The position numbers and the translations under genes are program-made. Positions 26,931 through 40,630 of a stretch of 64,000 nt of DNA are shown here, piece by piece; positions within the stretch are counted from its first letter, which is position 1; each line of letters opens with the position of its first letter. This stretch comes from Camelus ferus. Taxonomy: Eukaryota. The stretch is from assembly GCF_009834535.1 (NCBI RefSeq), contig NC_045696.1, positions 45,820,001-45,884,000 of the forward strand, read 5' to 3'. Under the pieces are notes generated by a model that was not told the DNA's origin, did no database searches, and was given only the letters and a program-made list of their open reading frames with translations.

Positions 26931-27729
26931 TGGAGCAAGAGCACAGAGTATTTCAGCACCAGAAGCTATGACTGGTCCATGGGGTGAGTAGCAGGGTGTG
27001 TGACAGGAAGAAGTGAACAAGAAATTAAGCAGAAATGATAAGCAGAAATTAGGCCATGAAGAAACTTGGATTGATAGAGATTATAAAACTATTACTAGTG
27101 ATTTCAATAAAGATAGTGATAATCACAAGGTTCTGGATTTGTATGATAATGTAAAAGGATAATAAATAATCTGAGTTCGATTTAGATGCCAATTGCATCT
27201 ATTTTCTGTCTTTTGAAAAAGATAAATACTGCTCAGTAGCCCTCTTTTGACAGAGACTGGGAAATAAGAAAGATTTGTTTAGCTGTAATTAATATCAGTC
27301 GGCCTTCCTGAATTGTTGCTTAGGTGTCAAAGAATTCTATCTACACTCTGTTTTCAGAAGTTTCTGCCAAGTATCATCCTCACATTACTGACTGCAATTT
27401 CCTTAGTGAAATTCTCTGTTACATTCTCAAGACTTACCAGAGTGCAGACTGTTCTACATCAAAACATGTTTCTTTAAGACCAATTAGCTCATATTTTCTC
27501 TTGATAAATAAAAATATGTCTCATAACCTTACCTATACAATCAAAAATTTTGGCACTATTGCTCATAGAGCCTTAATCACTCATGAATACTACAACTTTT
27601 AATAAAGTAACTGATTTTTATTTTAGAAAACTAGAGAATAGTCAATTGAGGGTTGTCACATACAAGCATTTGGCATATCAAAAATTTTATAAATGCATGC
27701 ACACACTCTTTTCATACTTTCTTAGAGAG

Positions 27730-27810
27730 GGTGGATGGATGGACAGACAGGCAAACAGACAGATAGATAATGATGATGAGAATGATAGGTAGGTAGGTAG
27801 GTAGACAGAC
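27730..27810. repeat. Compound tetranucleotide repeat (GATG/GACA/GATA/GGTA)
   Basis: Direct reading. Confidence 0.8.
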
Positions 27811-27814
27811 ACAC

Positions 27815-28170
27815 CCAAAGCACCCAAGTCTGGATTCCTTATGAAGTAGATCCTGATACAGAGATGAGCATGAAAAATAATTATCAAGGAGTGTTTTTTG
27901 GATCAAGATCTATGGCAGTAAGGGGAAGGAAGGAATCTTGAACAGGGGAAAAATTAGAGCTGGGATGCAGGATATAATGAAGGTTACAGGTGACCACACA
28001 TCTCAGAACTGGGATAGCCATTGAGAGCTGTCCCAAGTTGACAAGGAATCTTCACATGCCCACATTTAGTCACTGAATAGAAGCTACCTCTGGAAAGTGT
28101 GACCAACGGCAAGTCAGGGATCCTCCAGACGAGCCAAGGGCCTTCTTTTAGTAGCAATCTCAGTTGCTGT
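27815..28170 (-). mobile_element. ERVL LTR (LTR16-like)
   Basis: caagtctggattcc...agatcctgatacagaga... resembles the antisense end of LTR16. Confidence 0.45.
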
Positions 28171-29284
28171 ACAAATAAATATTTTATTTTAAAAGGAAGA
28201 TCTGAGTGACATATCGCAATATTCACACACAAAGGTATAGCAATTCTATAACATATAAAAAGAAGAAACATGGGAATATATATTATGTGCATATATTATA
28301 TATTAAATATGTACACATATATTTAATATGTAAGTATTTATATTAAAACCATTCATGATGACCAATATTTCAGTATTTCATCTTGCTTAGAAATTATTCA
28401 AGTCCAAAGATTATCAATTAATAACAATACTTAATAAAATGTAACATTTCTAAAATTAACTAAAAATCCTGGAAAAAATATACTTTGGCTATTGCATCCA
28501 GGAGATAATTACTATTGATATAAAAATTATTGAATTTTGTATTTAATTTAGTAGAATCCTTTTTTTTTTTTTTAATTCTTAAACATTTTGGGAATGGCAT
28601 TATCTAATTGGTATACCAGAAGTTTAGGACGTATATAAGAAGAAGGTAAGAAGTTTAGAAAGATTAAATAAAATTCACACAGATGAGACTTAAGAAAATA
28701 CATATAGCTGTATTTAAACCAAACTTGTCAAACCAGAAGGCAAGAGATCAAGATGGCAGAGTAGGAAGACAAAAAACTCAACTTCCCCCATGAACACATC
28801 AAAAATACATCTATCTACAGAGAAATGTTCACTAAAAACTAACCAGAGACTGGCAGAAAGACTCTGGTACAACCAAATCTGTAAGAAAGATCCACATAGA
28901 ATCAGGTAGGAAGGGAAGAAAAGTAATCAGATTGGGACCTGCACCCCAGGAATGGGACTCAAAAAAGGAGGGGAGTCACATGGGTGTAGATCCTCCTTGT
29001 GGAGTGAACAGTTCAAGCCAAATATTGGGCACACTAGGCCTGGGGTCCTACACCAGGAAGATGTGTCCCCTTGGCTGGTTGGAGGGCTGCCAGGACTAAC
29101 AGGAGACCTGTGGGAAGCCTGGACTCCACTTGTGAGGAGCATGCACATACTTCTTCACTCCCAAAACAGAGAGGGCAGATAAAACTGCATGGGATGCTGG
29201 CCGATTTCCTGTGACCACTCAATGGGCGCCCCAGCCTGAAGTAAGTGCCCACCCTGGCCCCACTTGTCTCAAGACAGCTCCACA

Positions 29285-29991
29285 CTGGAACTAAAAAATA
29301 TTTTAAAAGAACCAGTCAGAACTGAAGAATACAATAACTGAAATAAAAAAACATACCAGAAGGAAGTAATACTAGCAGACGAGGTGGTACAGAAGAATAT
29401 ATAAGTGATCTGGAATAAATAATAATGGAAATCACCCAACCAGACCAGCAAAAAGAAAAACAAATTTAAACAGGACAGTTTAAGGGACCTATGAGACAAC
29501 ATGAAGTATACCAACATTCGCTTTATAGGGGTCCAGAAGGAGAAGAGAGAGATAAAGGGGTAGAAAATATTTTTGATGAAATTATGGGTGAAAACTTCCT
29601 AAACCTGAAGAAGGAAACCAATATCCAGGGAGAACAGAGGGTCTCAAATAAGATGAAACCAAACAGACCCACACCAAGACATACCATAATTAAAACAGCA
29701 AAAGTTAAAGAGAAAATTCTAAAGGCAACAAGAGAAAAACAAAGAGTGATCTACAAGGGGACTCCCATAAGGCTGTCAGTGACTTTTCTGCAAAAATTTT
29801 GCAGGCCAAAAGGGACTGGCATGATACATTCAAAGTGCTGAAAGGGAAAATCCTGCCACCTAGGATACTCCACCTTGCAAAATTATTACTTAGAATTGAA
29901 GAAGAGATAAAGAATTTCTCAGAAAGGCGAAAACTAAGAGTTCATCAATACTAAACCTACCCTCAAAAGAATGTTAAAGAATCGTTTCTAA
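29285..29991 (+). pseudogene. L1 ORF1p remnant (frameshifted, N-terminus deleted)
   Basis: ORF 29491-29841 GPEGEERDKGVENIFDEIMGENFLNL...PTPRHTIIK...KILKATREK...YKGTPIRLS is L1 ORF1p. Confidence 0.93.
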
Positions 29992-30469
29992 CTGGAAAGG
30001 GAAGTACTATAATAAGAAGTAAGTATCTATAGGAAAGAAAAAATCTTACTAGTAAAGGCAAGCATATAGTAAGGCTGAGGATCAACCACTTCAATAAGCC
30101 AGTATAAAGATTAAAAGACAAAAATGTATAAAATCAATTATAAGTACAATAATTAGCAAAGGGATAAACATGAAGATGTAAAATATGTCATCAAAAACAG
30201 AAAATGTGGGTAAGGGGAGTAAAAATGTAGATCTTTTAGAATGTGTTTGCACTTAAATAACTGTTCATTTAAAATAAGTAGATACAATTATAGATCAACA
30301 TATATGAACCTCAAGGTAACCACAAATCAAAAACCTAAAATAGATACACAAGAACTAGGGAGAAAGAACACAAGCATACTGCTAAAGAAAATCATCAAAT
30401 CATAAAGAAAGAAACAAAAAGAAGAACAGAGGAGAACTACAAAAACAACCAGGAAACAAGCAGTAAAAC

Positions 30470-32320
30470 AGCAATAAATACATATCAATCAATAATTCCT
30501 TTAAATGTTAATAAACCAAATGCTTTAATCAAAAGATATCTCGTGAATGATTGAATTAAAAAATCAAGACCTATCTATATGTAGCTTACAAGATACTTAC
30601 TTCAGTTCTAAACACACACACAAACTAAGTGAGGGGATAGAAAAAGATACTTCATGCAAATGGTAATAACAAGAAAGTAGGGGGAGCATACTCATATTAG
30701 ACAAAATAGGCTTTAAACTAAAGTCTATAACAAAAGGCAAAGAAGGGCATTAAATAATGATAAAGGGACCAATGCAAGAAGAGGATATTAGATTCATTAA
30801 CATATATTCACCCAATATAGAAGATCTAATTACATAAGGCAAATATTAACAGGCACAAAGGGAGAAACTGTCAATATTATTAAGGGACTTTAAATACCCC
30901 ACCTACATCAATGCACAAACCAACCAGGTAGAAAATCAATAAGGAAACAGTGGTCTTTAGTGACACTTTAGACCTGTTGTACTTAATTGATATCTACAGG
31001 ACTTTTAATCCAAACACAGCAGAAAACACATTCTTTTCAGGTGTACATAGAACATTCTCCAGGATAGATCATATGCCAAACCACGAAATAAGTCTCAACA
31101 AAATTAAGAGAAGAACCAAGGAGGTGGAAAGACCTATACTCTAAAAACTATAAAACATTCATGAATAAAACTGAAGATGATAAAAAGAAATGGAAAGATA
31201 TCCCATGTTCATGGTTTAGAAGAATTAATATTGTTAAAATGACCATACTACCCAAAGCAGTCCACAGATTTAATACAATTCCTATCAAAATACAGATAAC
31301 ATTTTTCACAGAACTAGAACATACAATCCTAAAATTTATATAGAACCACAAAAGATCCCAAATTGCCAAAGCAAATTTGAGAAAAAAGAACAAAGCTGGA
31401 GAGACCATGCTCCCTGACTTCAGAATATACTACAAAGCTACAAATCCAAACAGCATGGTACTGGTACAAAAACAAACACATAGATCAATGGAATAGAATG
31501 GAGAGTCCAGAAATAAACCAACACACTTATGGTCAATTAATTTTTGGATCTGTCTCCTAAGGCAAAAGAAATAAAAGCAAAAATAAACCAATGAGACCTA
31601 GTTAAACATGTAAGCTTTTGCACTGCAAAGGAAACCACTGACAAAATGAAAAGACAACTTCTTGAATGGGAGAAAATATTTGTAAATGGTATGACCAATC
31701 AGGGGTTAATATCCAAAATATATAAATAGCTCATACAACTTAATATCAAAATCAAAGAAAAAACATTAAAAATGGGCAGAAGACCCAAACAGACATTTTT
31801 TTCCAAAGAAAATATACAGATGGCCAACAGGTACATGAAAAGATACTCTCATTGCTATTCATCAGAAAAATGCAAATCAAACTGACAATGAAATATCACC
31901 TTACATCTGTTAGAAGGACTATCATTAAAAAGACCACAAATAATAAATGTTGGCAAAGATGTGGAGAAAAGAGAACCCTCTTATACTGTTGGTAGAAATG
32001 TAAATTGGTGCACTGTCATTAGAAAACAGTATTGAGGGTCCTCAAAGAACCAACATTAGAATTACCATATGATCCAGCAATTCCACCCCTGGGTATATAT
32101 ACAAAGAAATGGAAACACTAATTCATAAAGAATATGTACCCAAAGCATAGCAGTATTATTTACAATAGCCAAGGTATGGAAGCTATGTAACTGTCCATCA
32201 GTAGATAGATAAAGAAAAGGTGGTATACATATGCAATGGAATATTAGTCAGCCATACAGAGAATGGAATTTTGCCATCTACAACAACATGGATGGACCTA
32301 GAGGGTATTATGCTCAATGA
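30470..32320 (+). pseudogene. L1 ORF2p remnant; most of the RT region deleted
   Basis: LIDIYRTFNP...TFFSGVHRTFSRIDHM (endonuclease end) is joined directly to [24 protein letters not shown] (post-RT); WMDLEGIML C-terminus. Confidence 0.93.
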
Positions 32321-32512
32321 AATAAGTCAGAGAAAGACAAATGCTCTATGTAATCACTCATATGTGGAATCTAAAAAAAAAAATGAATATAAGAAAACAG
32401 AAATAGACTTACAGAGATAAGAGAACAAACTAGTGGTTACCAGTGGGGAGGAAGAAGGGGTGAAGGGCTAGGTAGGGATAAGAGATTAAGAGATCCAAGC
32501 TATTATGTATAA

Positions 32513-32540
32513 AATTAATTAATTAATTAATTAATTAATT
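32513..32540. repeat. (AATT)n repeat within the L1 3' UTR
   Basis: Direct reading. Confidence 0.9.
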
Positions 32541-32899
32541 ACAAGAGTATTTGTACAGCACAGGGAAATGCAGCCATTATTTTGTAATAACTTTAAGTGG
32601 AGTATAATATATAAAAATGTTGACTTACTATATTGTGTATCTTAAACTAATATAATATTGCAAATCAACTAAACTTTAATTTAAAAAAATTAGTAACAGA
32701 GGTAAGCAAAAAACAACATTGTCAAACTAGTTAGAATTGTCTAAAAATTTGCTTTAATTATGAAAGTTGGGATTCTTGAGGTTTTTTTAAAAGTGCTTTT
32801 AAACTAGCATTTTCAGTGGAAAGTGTTTAGTGTTTTTGTTTCTTTTAAGAGTGCCATATCTAAAGTATTAGATATTTAGTTTCTTTATTCTCCAGGAAA

Positions 32900-33400
32900 T
32901 TTTATGTTCCCTTATATTAGACATACATAAACTTTATTAGCTTCTATAAGCAATCAATACAGAACTCCTTATTTTAAGAGACTTTATATCTAAGTTATTA
33001 ACTTACTTTTCCAAAAGAGATTATTTCAAACACAAAATGAGAGATAAAGACTTTTTACAATTATAGACGCACAGACACACAGATTTTAGCTTTAGTTCTG
33101 CACCCTTAGTCATGGATTAAAATAAACAGAGAACAAAAGCTCACAAATCTGGATCGCAAAATGCTCTTCACTTAATCAGTGGAAGGCTGATGTATTCTTG
33201 AATTAACAAGAAATCAACAAACAAAATTTTGTGTCATCTCTCACCCAACAGAATAGGTTTAGGTCCCTTCCTATAAAAGTTCATCACATAGGCCATAAAA
33301 CCAAAGTCACATACATTGGTGGCAAATTAAGAATAACTTCCAGGCTGTAAGAAACCAGAACCAGAAACAAAAACAAAAGCACAGACTCAGGGGGAGAGGA
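32900..33400 (-). mobile_element. Possible ERV1 internal (leader) fragment
   Basis: Text such as cagacacacagattttagcttt...ctcaccc...aaaccagaaccagaaac recalls antisense MER4-group internal leaders; weak match. Confidence 0.35.
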
Positions 33401-36133
33401 GCCACAAAGAGTCAGTGAAAGTAGAGTTCTATTGCTCAGCATTTGCTACAGGAGCCAAGAAAAGATGTTTATTTTCGGGCTATACAGTTTTTTAAATGGC
33501 TCTGGAATATTTATTTATTTGGAAATCTTTGGTGCAACCTTCAAAGCAATCAAAGTACAATTTCCAAACTTCAAAAACCTGAGTTAAAATAAACTTGTGA
33601 AAAAATCTGTTTAACTCACTGAGGAAGAAATCAGGAGAACTATAAAGCAGGTTGATTAATTCTATTTGTAAAAGATTTAAATGATGCCCAACTCAGGTCT
33701 CCTCCCAAGAGGCAGTATTCCAGCTTTGCCAAATCCATCCTCAGAGCAGCATGTTCTTCCCCGTGACCATCTCAGTGAAAGCTGTACCGGTTCAGAGATC
33801 TACTTCTTCAGTCTACTGTCTTGATGCCACAAGCCATTCTACTCTATCTACTGAGCTAGCCTCCATCCATGCTGAGCTGCCTTCCTAGATTATTCAAGTT
33901 ACGTCCTGAAATACCTATCATTGTTTGTGTTAGTATTTTGGTTTGAAATTTTTATTTTCATTAACTCAACTTTTCTCAAAATGTGCATTCATCTATTTTG
34001 TAGTTGTAATTTCCAGGGATGCATATAGTGTGTTGTGGCAGAAACAGTCTCTCCTATGATTTTTTATATATTAAAAGTAGAAACAAAATGGCTGAACTTA
34101 GCTTCTGATGGGCCAACCCAAAAATCGACTGAAATTTTATTCAAAATTTATTCTTGAAAGAACCAAGAATCCATCCATGAGCCTCTTTTATCAGGTGTCT
34201 ACTTTGATGAAAAATCATCCATGCATGATGACTTGTCTTCCCTCCATCAGTCTTATTCTGACAAATCAGAGCAACACTTGGGCAACTACAAAAAAGAACA
34301 AATATTGAAGCAAGGAGTATTTTCAGATTTTTCCTCTGTTAGTTGCTTAGGGAATTATATTCCTGTAAATAATAAAGTACTCTACAACTTACCTAAAAAA
34401 TTTTCTGATTTAAAGTTTCTGACACAGCATGGTATGGCTGATTGTGCCAATGAATTTTCCCCCTTAAGTCAAGAAAAACTGCACAACAATAATTACCTAA
34501 TTTAGATTTGCATAATTATGATTACTAAATTCCAAGAGAACTGTTGTAGTAACAGTGTAACAACTTATCTAAGGCCAATTAAGTTGTGTTTCCTTTCTGC
34601 TTTAATTTACTTTAATCCAAAAGAGCAATAAACAGGATATGTCTAGTTGATGATTTAATTAACCACAATATATTAAGAAGTTAGGAATCGTTATGATGCT
34701 GAACACCTCAATTCCCTTCAAGGCTGGAATCTTTATTTCTTAGTCCCTAAAAAGTTTAGGATTTTCACCATTTCACAAGTAACGCTATATTCCAAATTAA
34801 GATCAATACACAACAAAATTTAATGATTCAGGGTGTGTAATAACTGAGAAAGAGGGGAAAAAACATAGCATAATCACTTTTAGTGAAATGGAAAGCATTA
34901 TTTTAATGTCTTTGAAAGTCATATTGGAAAAGGACAATGCACAGTTGAAAGCCCATTTACTTTCTGAAATGAACAGAGGCATCTGAGGGCATAGGAATTA
35001 GGATCAAAGAGAAGGTGTGAGATAGATTTTATTCAAGGTCTTTGATTTACATGGTTGAAAACATCTCTAAGACTATTCTTGAGGAAAAGGGCAAAAGAAA
35101 AATGACGTTAAAATTTTCAGTGTGTTTCCAAAATCATTAGAAAATCATTCCAACACCATTAGAAAAGAAGGAAAACCCCAGAGAAATATGAATCTAGAGT
35201 GACCTGATTATAATAAAAATCTGGAAATGTTCTTGTTTTCTTATTCTTTTTCTATGATCTTGGGTTAAAGAATGCATTGATTTTCATAGCTGCCAAATAA
35301 GTGATCACATAATCATTCATGTTTTATAACAGCAATACACAGTCGGAGAAATTGTCACTGTCTACACCATCCACTCTTGGCTGAATCCGCTGTCAATATT
35401 TCTTACTACAATTAAGTATCTAATTTTTCATTCATCCATCTTTTACATTTTTCTTAGTACACCAATTAATTCTCTTTTAAGAGATAAAATTGGCATAACT
35501 CATTTAAAGAATTTCCTTTCACTTTAAGAATTTTTGAACTCTACGTGGTGATGAATTAAGTTAAAAAACCACCACCAAAATTCCTCTTAAATTCAAGAGA
35601 GTTTAATTTACTTCCTTTAGAACCATCAATGTTTAACATTTCGAGAGGATGATGGGTTCACATAGTTTTACAAAGCTGTCATCCATGACATTTTAAAGAG
35701 ATTTGTCCTGAGAATTTCAAAAATTCTATGAAAAAATTTGATAGTTAACTGAAATATCATCAAATGGGGCCTGCATTAATATTTCTTACAGCATTCAGAT
35801 CTCTCTAAGCATTTATTTTCTATTTACTATTCCTCCAGATCAGTAATTCTTTATTTCTGCCCCTTCCAACCTGTTTACATAATAATCACAGATATAGGTA
35901 TTCCAGATTTTGAAGATGGGCTGTAGACTTGGGGTTATACACATTTGCTAATATGGGCTAACACTAACTTTGCGTTGCTTTCTCACAACTGTTTAAAACA
36001 AATGTGAGAACTGATATCCTTGTTTATTACCACTGGAGTCTAGCAAATGTTTATTGCCTCTCATGGAGAAACCCGCCCCCACTTCTTCCCCCCTTGATAT
36101 TTTGACTCAAGAATATGTCAGAAAAACAGAATA

Positions 36134-36430
36134 CAGTCATCTTTCCATATAAAAGGTTCCACACCCATGGCTTCAAATAACCACAGATGGAAAATATTGG
36201 AAAAATATTTCAGAACATCACAAAGAAAAACTTGCATTTGCTGCATACCAGAAATGACTTACATAGCATTTACATTGTACTGAATATCATAAGTAAGCTA
36301 GAGATGATTTAAAGTATTTGGAAGAGTATGTGTTGGTTGTATACAAATACCACATCATTTTGTATAAGGGTCTTGAGCATCCTCAGATGTTGGTATCTGT
36401 GAGGGTCCTGTGGATAACAAGGGACTACCG
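36134..36430. mobile_element. Tigger3-like (TcMar) non-autonomous DNA transposon
   Basis: TA on both flanks, degenerate TIRs (cagtcatc... / ...gggactaccg), internal catagcatttacattgta...tagagatgatttaaagta. Confidence 0.85.
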
Positions 36431-36773
36431 TACCAAGTGAAATAGGCAGTTGTCATCTTCACTACTTCCGCAGGCAGAAACCTCTTTTACATATAAGTAA
36501 ACTGACTTTTAAAAATAAAAATGACTTGCCCAACTGGTAATACAGATTTTGATTCAAACTAAATGACTTTTCCTCTATGCCACTAAGCTGACCTTTATTA
36601 GTTCATTTTAAAGACCCCTTGGTATTCTGGATTCCTTTCTGTAGCTCTTTCTTACATTTAGAGTTTCTTACAGTGACTTCTCAAACCTAAACAACTCGTT
36701 TGTGTATTTATAAATAAATTTTTCAGATTGAATAATCATCTACAGTGAAGTAGTATGCTTAAGAACAGTTATT

Positions 36774-37258
36774 TGCTGACTGGAAAAAAAATGCAAAACC
36801 TGGATGTTGAGAATTATGTTTTGTCCAGAGAACAAAACTGAGGACTTAAACCCAGAAGAAATCCTTAGATAGCTCTAAGGAACTGCTCGGCAGAAGTAAG
36901 GGAGGTGCCTGGATATATAGGAGTTTTTGCCAAAAAAACAAACAAACAAACAAAAACAACAACAACAACAAAAAAAAGGTAGTCAGAATATCAAAAGATT
37001 ACTGTTAACTAAAGAAATATAATCATCTCAAGTTAATGAATTTAGCACTTCTTTATGTATGAGAAGAATCAGCAGTTTGGGCTTATTGAAACCATTCCCG
37101 TGATATGCACCTTAACTATCTAGGACTAGTATCCTGTTCTTTTTCAATCCTGAGTCCCCTCAGGGGGCACCACTGGGGATGGGGCTGTAGTGGCTGAGGG
37201 CTTGATCAGCACAACATCCTTTGTTCGCTGAAATGGCAGGCAGCATTCTTAGTCCACA
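36774..37258 (-). mobile_element. Solo LTR, ERV1 class, with an internal (CAAA/CAA)n run
   Basis: TG...CA ends, perfect TSD tatt (36770-36773 / 37259-37262). Related to the LTR at 2591-3047. Confidence 0.85.
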
Positions 37259-37902
37259 TATTTAATGTATCTGAAGCATTTTTTAAATGACCAAACAATA
37301 AAAGATTAAATTTTAATTTATGTGGTTAAAAAACAGTAACCCACATCTCTTTTTTTTTGCCTTTTTATGTTTATTTTTAAATGTTTTCTTGTTAAAGGAA
37401 GAACTTCTGAGTGTTTACTGTAATTCCTTTCCCCAAGGCAACCTCTTGTTTGTCAAGACCTCTGCATTTCTTTCTTGCCTCAAGGAAACAATCTTACTCT
37501 GTGACTGTGTATGAAAATCTGTGATTAAAGAAAGCATGTGAATAAATCACCTGCAAAACAGTTACATAGTTTCAAGAATGATTAGTCTTTTTGAACAGTT
37601 TTTATATTGGAGCATATTTCTTGTAGTTTTCTTGTTTTGCATTTTAAACTTAATATCATTCATTCTGAACTTCAAATCAAAGAAAACAGGGCACCAAAGA
37701 ACAGATATGTTCAGAACTTAGCAGTTTTAATATACAGATTATTTTCACACAATTTACAACTCCCCTGTTTAGCTCATAAAATTTAAATGCCCAATTTAAG
37801 ATGTGTTTAGGACTTATAGAAGAAGGATACTATTGAAGTGAAGATGTAAATTCTGAACCTAAACCTTTTCTAATTATCATTAGAATCAACAGTATTTTGT
37901 CT

Positions 37903-38323
37903 TGTGAAAGGAAAATCAAAATGGAGTTGGTATTGCTAAGAGAGCCCTCAAAATAGAGCCAGGAGGCCTCTGAGGAAGTATGACTTTTATGCAAGTCTTT
38001 TATGCCTGAATGGACCACTATTGTCCTCACAAAGGCATTCAGAATATCTGCCAGAAACTTGAGATACTTACCAAACCCTTACCCCAAAATAATTCATGAT
38101 TCCTTGAGAACAATTATTTCCTGACTTGTGTCAGAGTCAATCATAATAATCACCAGGCAACTTTAACAAGTTGTAACTTGTCTTTATAAGCTCCTGAATC
38201 TTTCTAAGTACACTATTTTGATTTTTTCCAAATCTCTGTCTCCCAAATTGCAATTCTTAGGACCCCAAATCAACCCTTTTCTTACTTGCAGTCTTCTGAA
38301 TTTTTTTTCTGTTTTAGTCAACT
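37903..38323 (+). mobile_element. Solo LTR, ERV1 class (older MER4-group-like)
   Basis: tgtgaaaggaaaatcaaaatggag start; ctgtctcccaaattgcaattct...ccccaaat end. No clean TSD. Confidence 0.6.
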
Positions 38324-38759
38324 GCTTTAATGGCCCTAATGCTATAGGACTTGATCAAGATTAACTTCAGCAAGTGTTTCTCCCAATTTTACAGGTAGTC
38401 ACAATTAGATAGTTGGCAATTCAAAATGAGTTGTCAATTCTAAAAGCAACATGGAATTTTGTTTATTTACTCAACCAATTTTATTAAAGTTCCTTGATAA
38501 CGACAGTGAATACGTAAAGCTATCAATGCTAAAAAATATCAAAAAATATCAACCTATCAGTTATAAAACTGAATTCAAATATCTTATCTTGTAAGATTAA
38601 AGATTATCTTGGTTCTTTTTTCTCTCTTCCTCTCTTGTTAAGAAAACATGAGATCTTTAACCCATGGAGTGTATCTATTTTTCAAAGAAATTAAGATTTA
38701 CAATATGTCACACACTATTAGTATTTCATAAAATATTATAATTTTTAATTTCTTCTTTC

Positions 38760-40380
38760 TTCAGATAATTAATGAACATCTATTACAAACTCTACATGCC
38801 TGCTTTCACAGTGTTTGCAGTCTACTGCTGATTATGGGCAGTTGTGAAAGGGCTGGAAGGTAATTTGAAACAAAGTACACTGAGTATTAGTGTTACAGGA
38901 GCTTTTAAGAAAACACATTTGATCTGAAGTCAGGACCAGAAAATGCTTCTTCGAAGAGTTGGAAAATTGAAAAGGAAATAAAAATTAGCTAGGTGACAGA
39001 TGAGAAAAGTATCTTCTAGACATAAGAAATAGCATAAGCAGCATATAGGAGGCTCAGGAGGAAGATAGATGGGAGAGGCAGAAAGAGAAAGAGACAGAGA
39101 CATTATTTGTGCATTCAAGGAAGTAAAATAATACAATTAGAGATGAGACAAGAGAGAAAGCCAGTGAACTCAATATATAGGAGCTTTCACGTCAAGTTGA
39201 TTTCACACAAGTTGAGCATGTGATTTCATCTTTATCCTAACATCAATGAGAAGTCACTGGAGGAATTTAAATAGAAATGTCATGAGCTATAATGTGGAGA
39301 ACAAATTAAAAGGAAATAAATTTGGATAGAAGACTATTTTGGAATCTGTTGCCAAAATCTACAAAAAAGACAAAGGCACCTAGATTGGGGAGTGGCTGTA
39401 CATGTGGATCTTTACAGAGTAATTAATGTGATTTGTGGACTAGTTAATTTTGGAAAGTGAGGCAGATGGAGGAATCAAGGATAATCCCTCTGTGACTTAG
39501 CCAAAGGGTGCAAAGAGGTGGCATTCACTGAGGGTGCAAAATGATTCATCTTTGATGGTGCAAAAATTATTTCAGTTTGGGATAGCCTGTATTTGAGATA
39601 TTGTTGTGTCATTTGTGTGAAAATTAAATATCAGAGTCAGAAATACAATAGATATATTTAGGATTCGCATAGAGGATTATCTCAATTGCCCAGGAGGAGA
39701 AAAGGGCTAAGAAGAGAACCTGGGTAGCCTCAATAATTAAGGGAAGAGTACAGAATAAAATCCTGAAAAGGAAATTGAAAAACAAATGGCCAGTTATTTA
39801 AGAAATATAAATCAGGGCAGTATAGCATCATGGAATCCAAGGAAAACCGTATTTGGTAGGCAAAATAATGACTACCCCCCCCCCCCAAATAAAAATGTTC
39901 AGGTATTATTCTCAGAAAAATTTGAATAGACAAAGGGACTTTGCAGGTGGGATTAAGTTAATTCTGAAATAGGAAATTTTCCTAGATTATCTGGGCAAAC
40001 CCAATGCAATCACAAGGGTCCTTGTAAGTAGGAGGCAGAAAGATCTTATCAGAGAGGATGGAGAGGTGATAAAGAGAGATGAGCCAAGGAATAGTGATGA
40101 CCTGTAAAGCTGGAAAACACCAAGAAAGGTATTCTCCCCCAAAGAGAAGGAATGTAGCTCGGCCAGTTAATTCCAGACTTCTGCTCTCTAGGACTCCAAA
40201 GATAGTAAATTTATGTTTTTATAACTTTGCAATAATTTGTTAAAACAGTAATGGGAAACTGATGTTCTACATGAGCTGAATTTAACAGTACAGAATTCAT
40301 TGATGACTTCTGAAAGACGGGTATTCTTTAGAGGAAAAGTTGTGAGATTTCAGTGTTTTGAGTGATTTAAAAGAGTAAAC
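38760..40380 (-). mobile_element. L2 fragment interrupted by MLT1 at 39852-40265
   Basis: gagaagtcactggagg, ggaggaatcaaggataatcc, ggcattcactgag and catcatggaatccaagg are L2 motifs. Confidence 0.7.
39852..40265 (+). mobile_element. MaLR LTR (MLT1D-like)
   Basis: ggtaggcaaaataatg...gggactttgcaggtgggattaag...gattatctggg...aatcacaagggtcctt...aatttgtt...ggaaactga. Confidence 0.8.
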
Positions 40381-40389
40381 AACTTTTTT

Positions 40390-40630
40390 TTTGGATCTTT
40401 CATTATGTCTCTGCCCTTGATGTTTCAGGTTGCATGCTTCTTCAGCTCAAATCCGGGATATATGAAGCAAAAAGAAAACCCAAGGAATTCACCACTGTAT
40501 TGTTTCTTGGATCTCCAAATTCATGGGTAGTCTGTCTTCCTCCTTCCACCTGTCAGAGTTTTCTTATGTCTGTTTTATATATAATGTCCAGGGGTTCTAG
40601 CTGTAGTTATCAAAAGAAGAAGTGGGAAAT
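40390..40630 (-). mobile_element. Old L1 5' end
   Basis: atatgaagcaaaaagaaaacccaaggaattcaccactg...tttatatataatgtccagggg. Confidence 0.55.

Larger units (their letters stand above)
28737..32718 (+). mobile_element. L1 with both ends present and three large internal deletions (~4 kb)
   Basis: 5' UTR start caagatggcagagtaggaagac; ORF1, inter-ORF, ORF2 endonuclease, ORF2 C-terminus, 3' UTR and A-tail all present. Degenerate TSD ttgtcaaacYag (28725-28736 / 32719-32730) after a TTT/AAA site. Confidence 0.95.
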
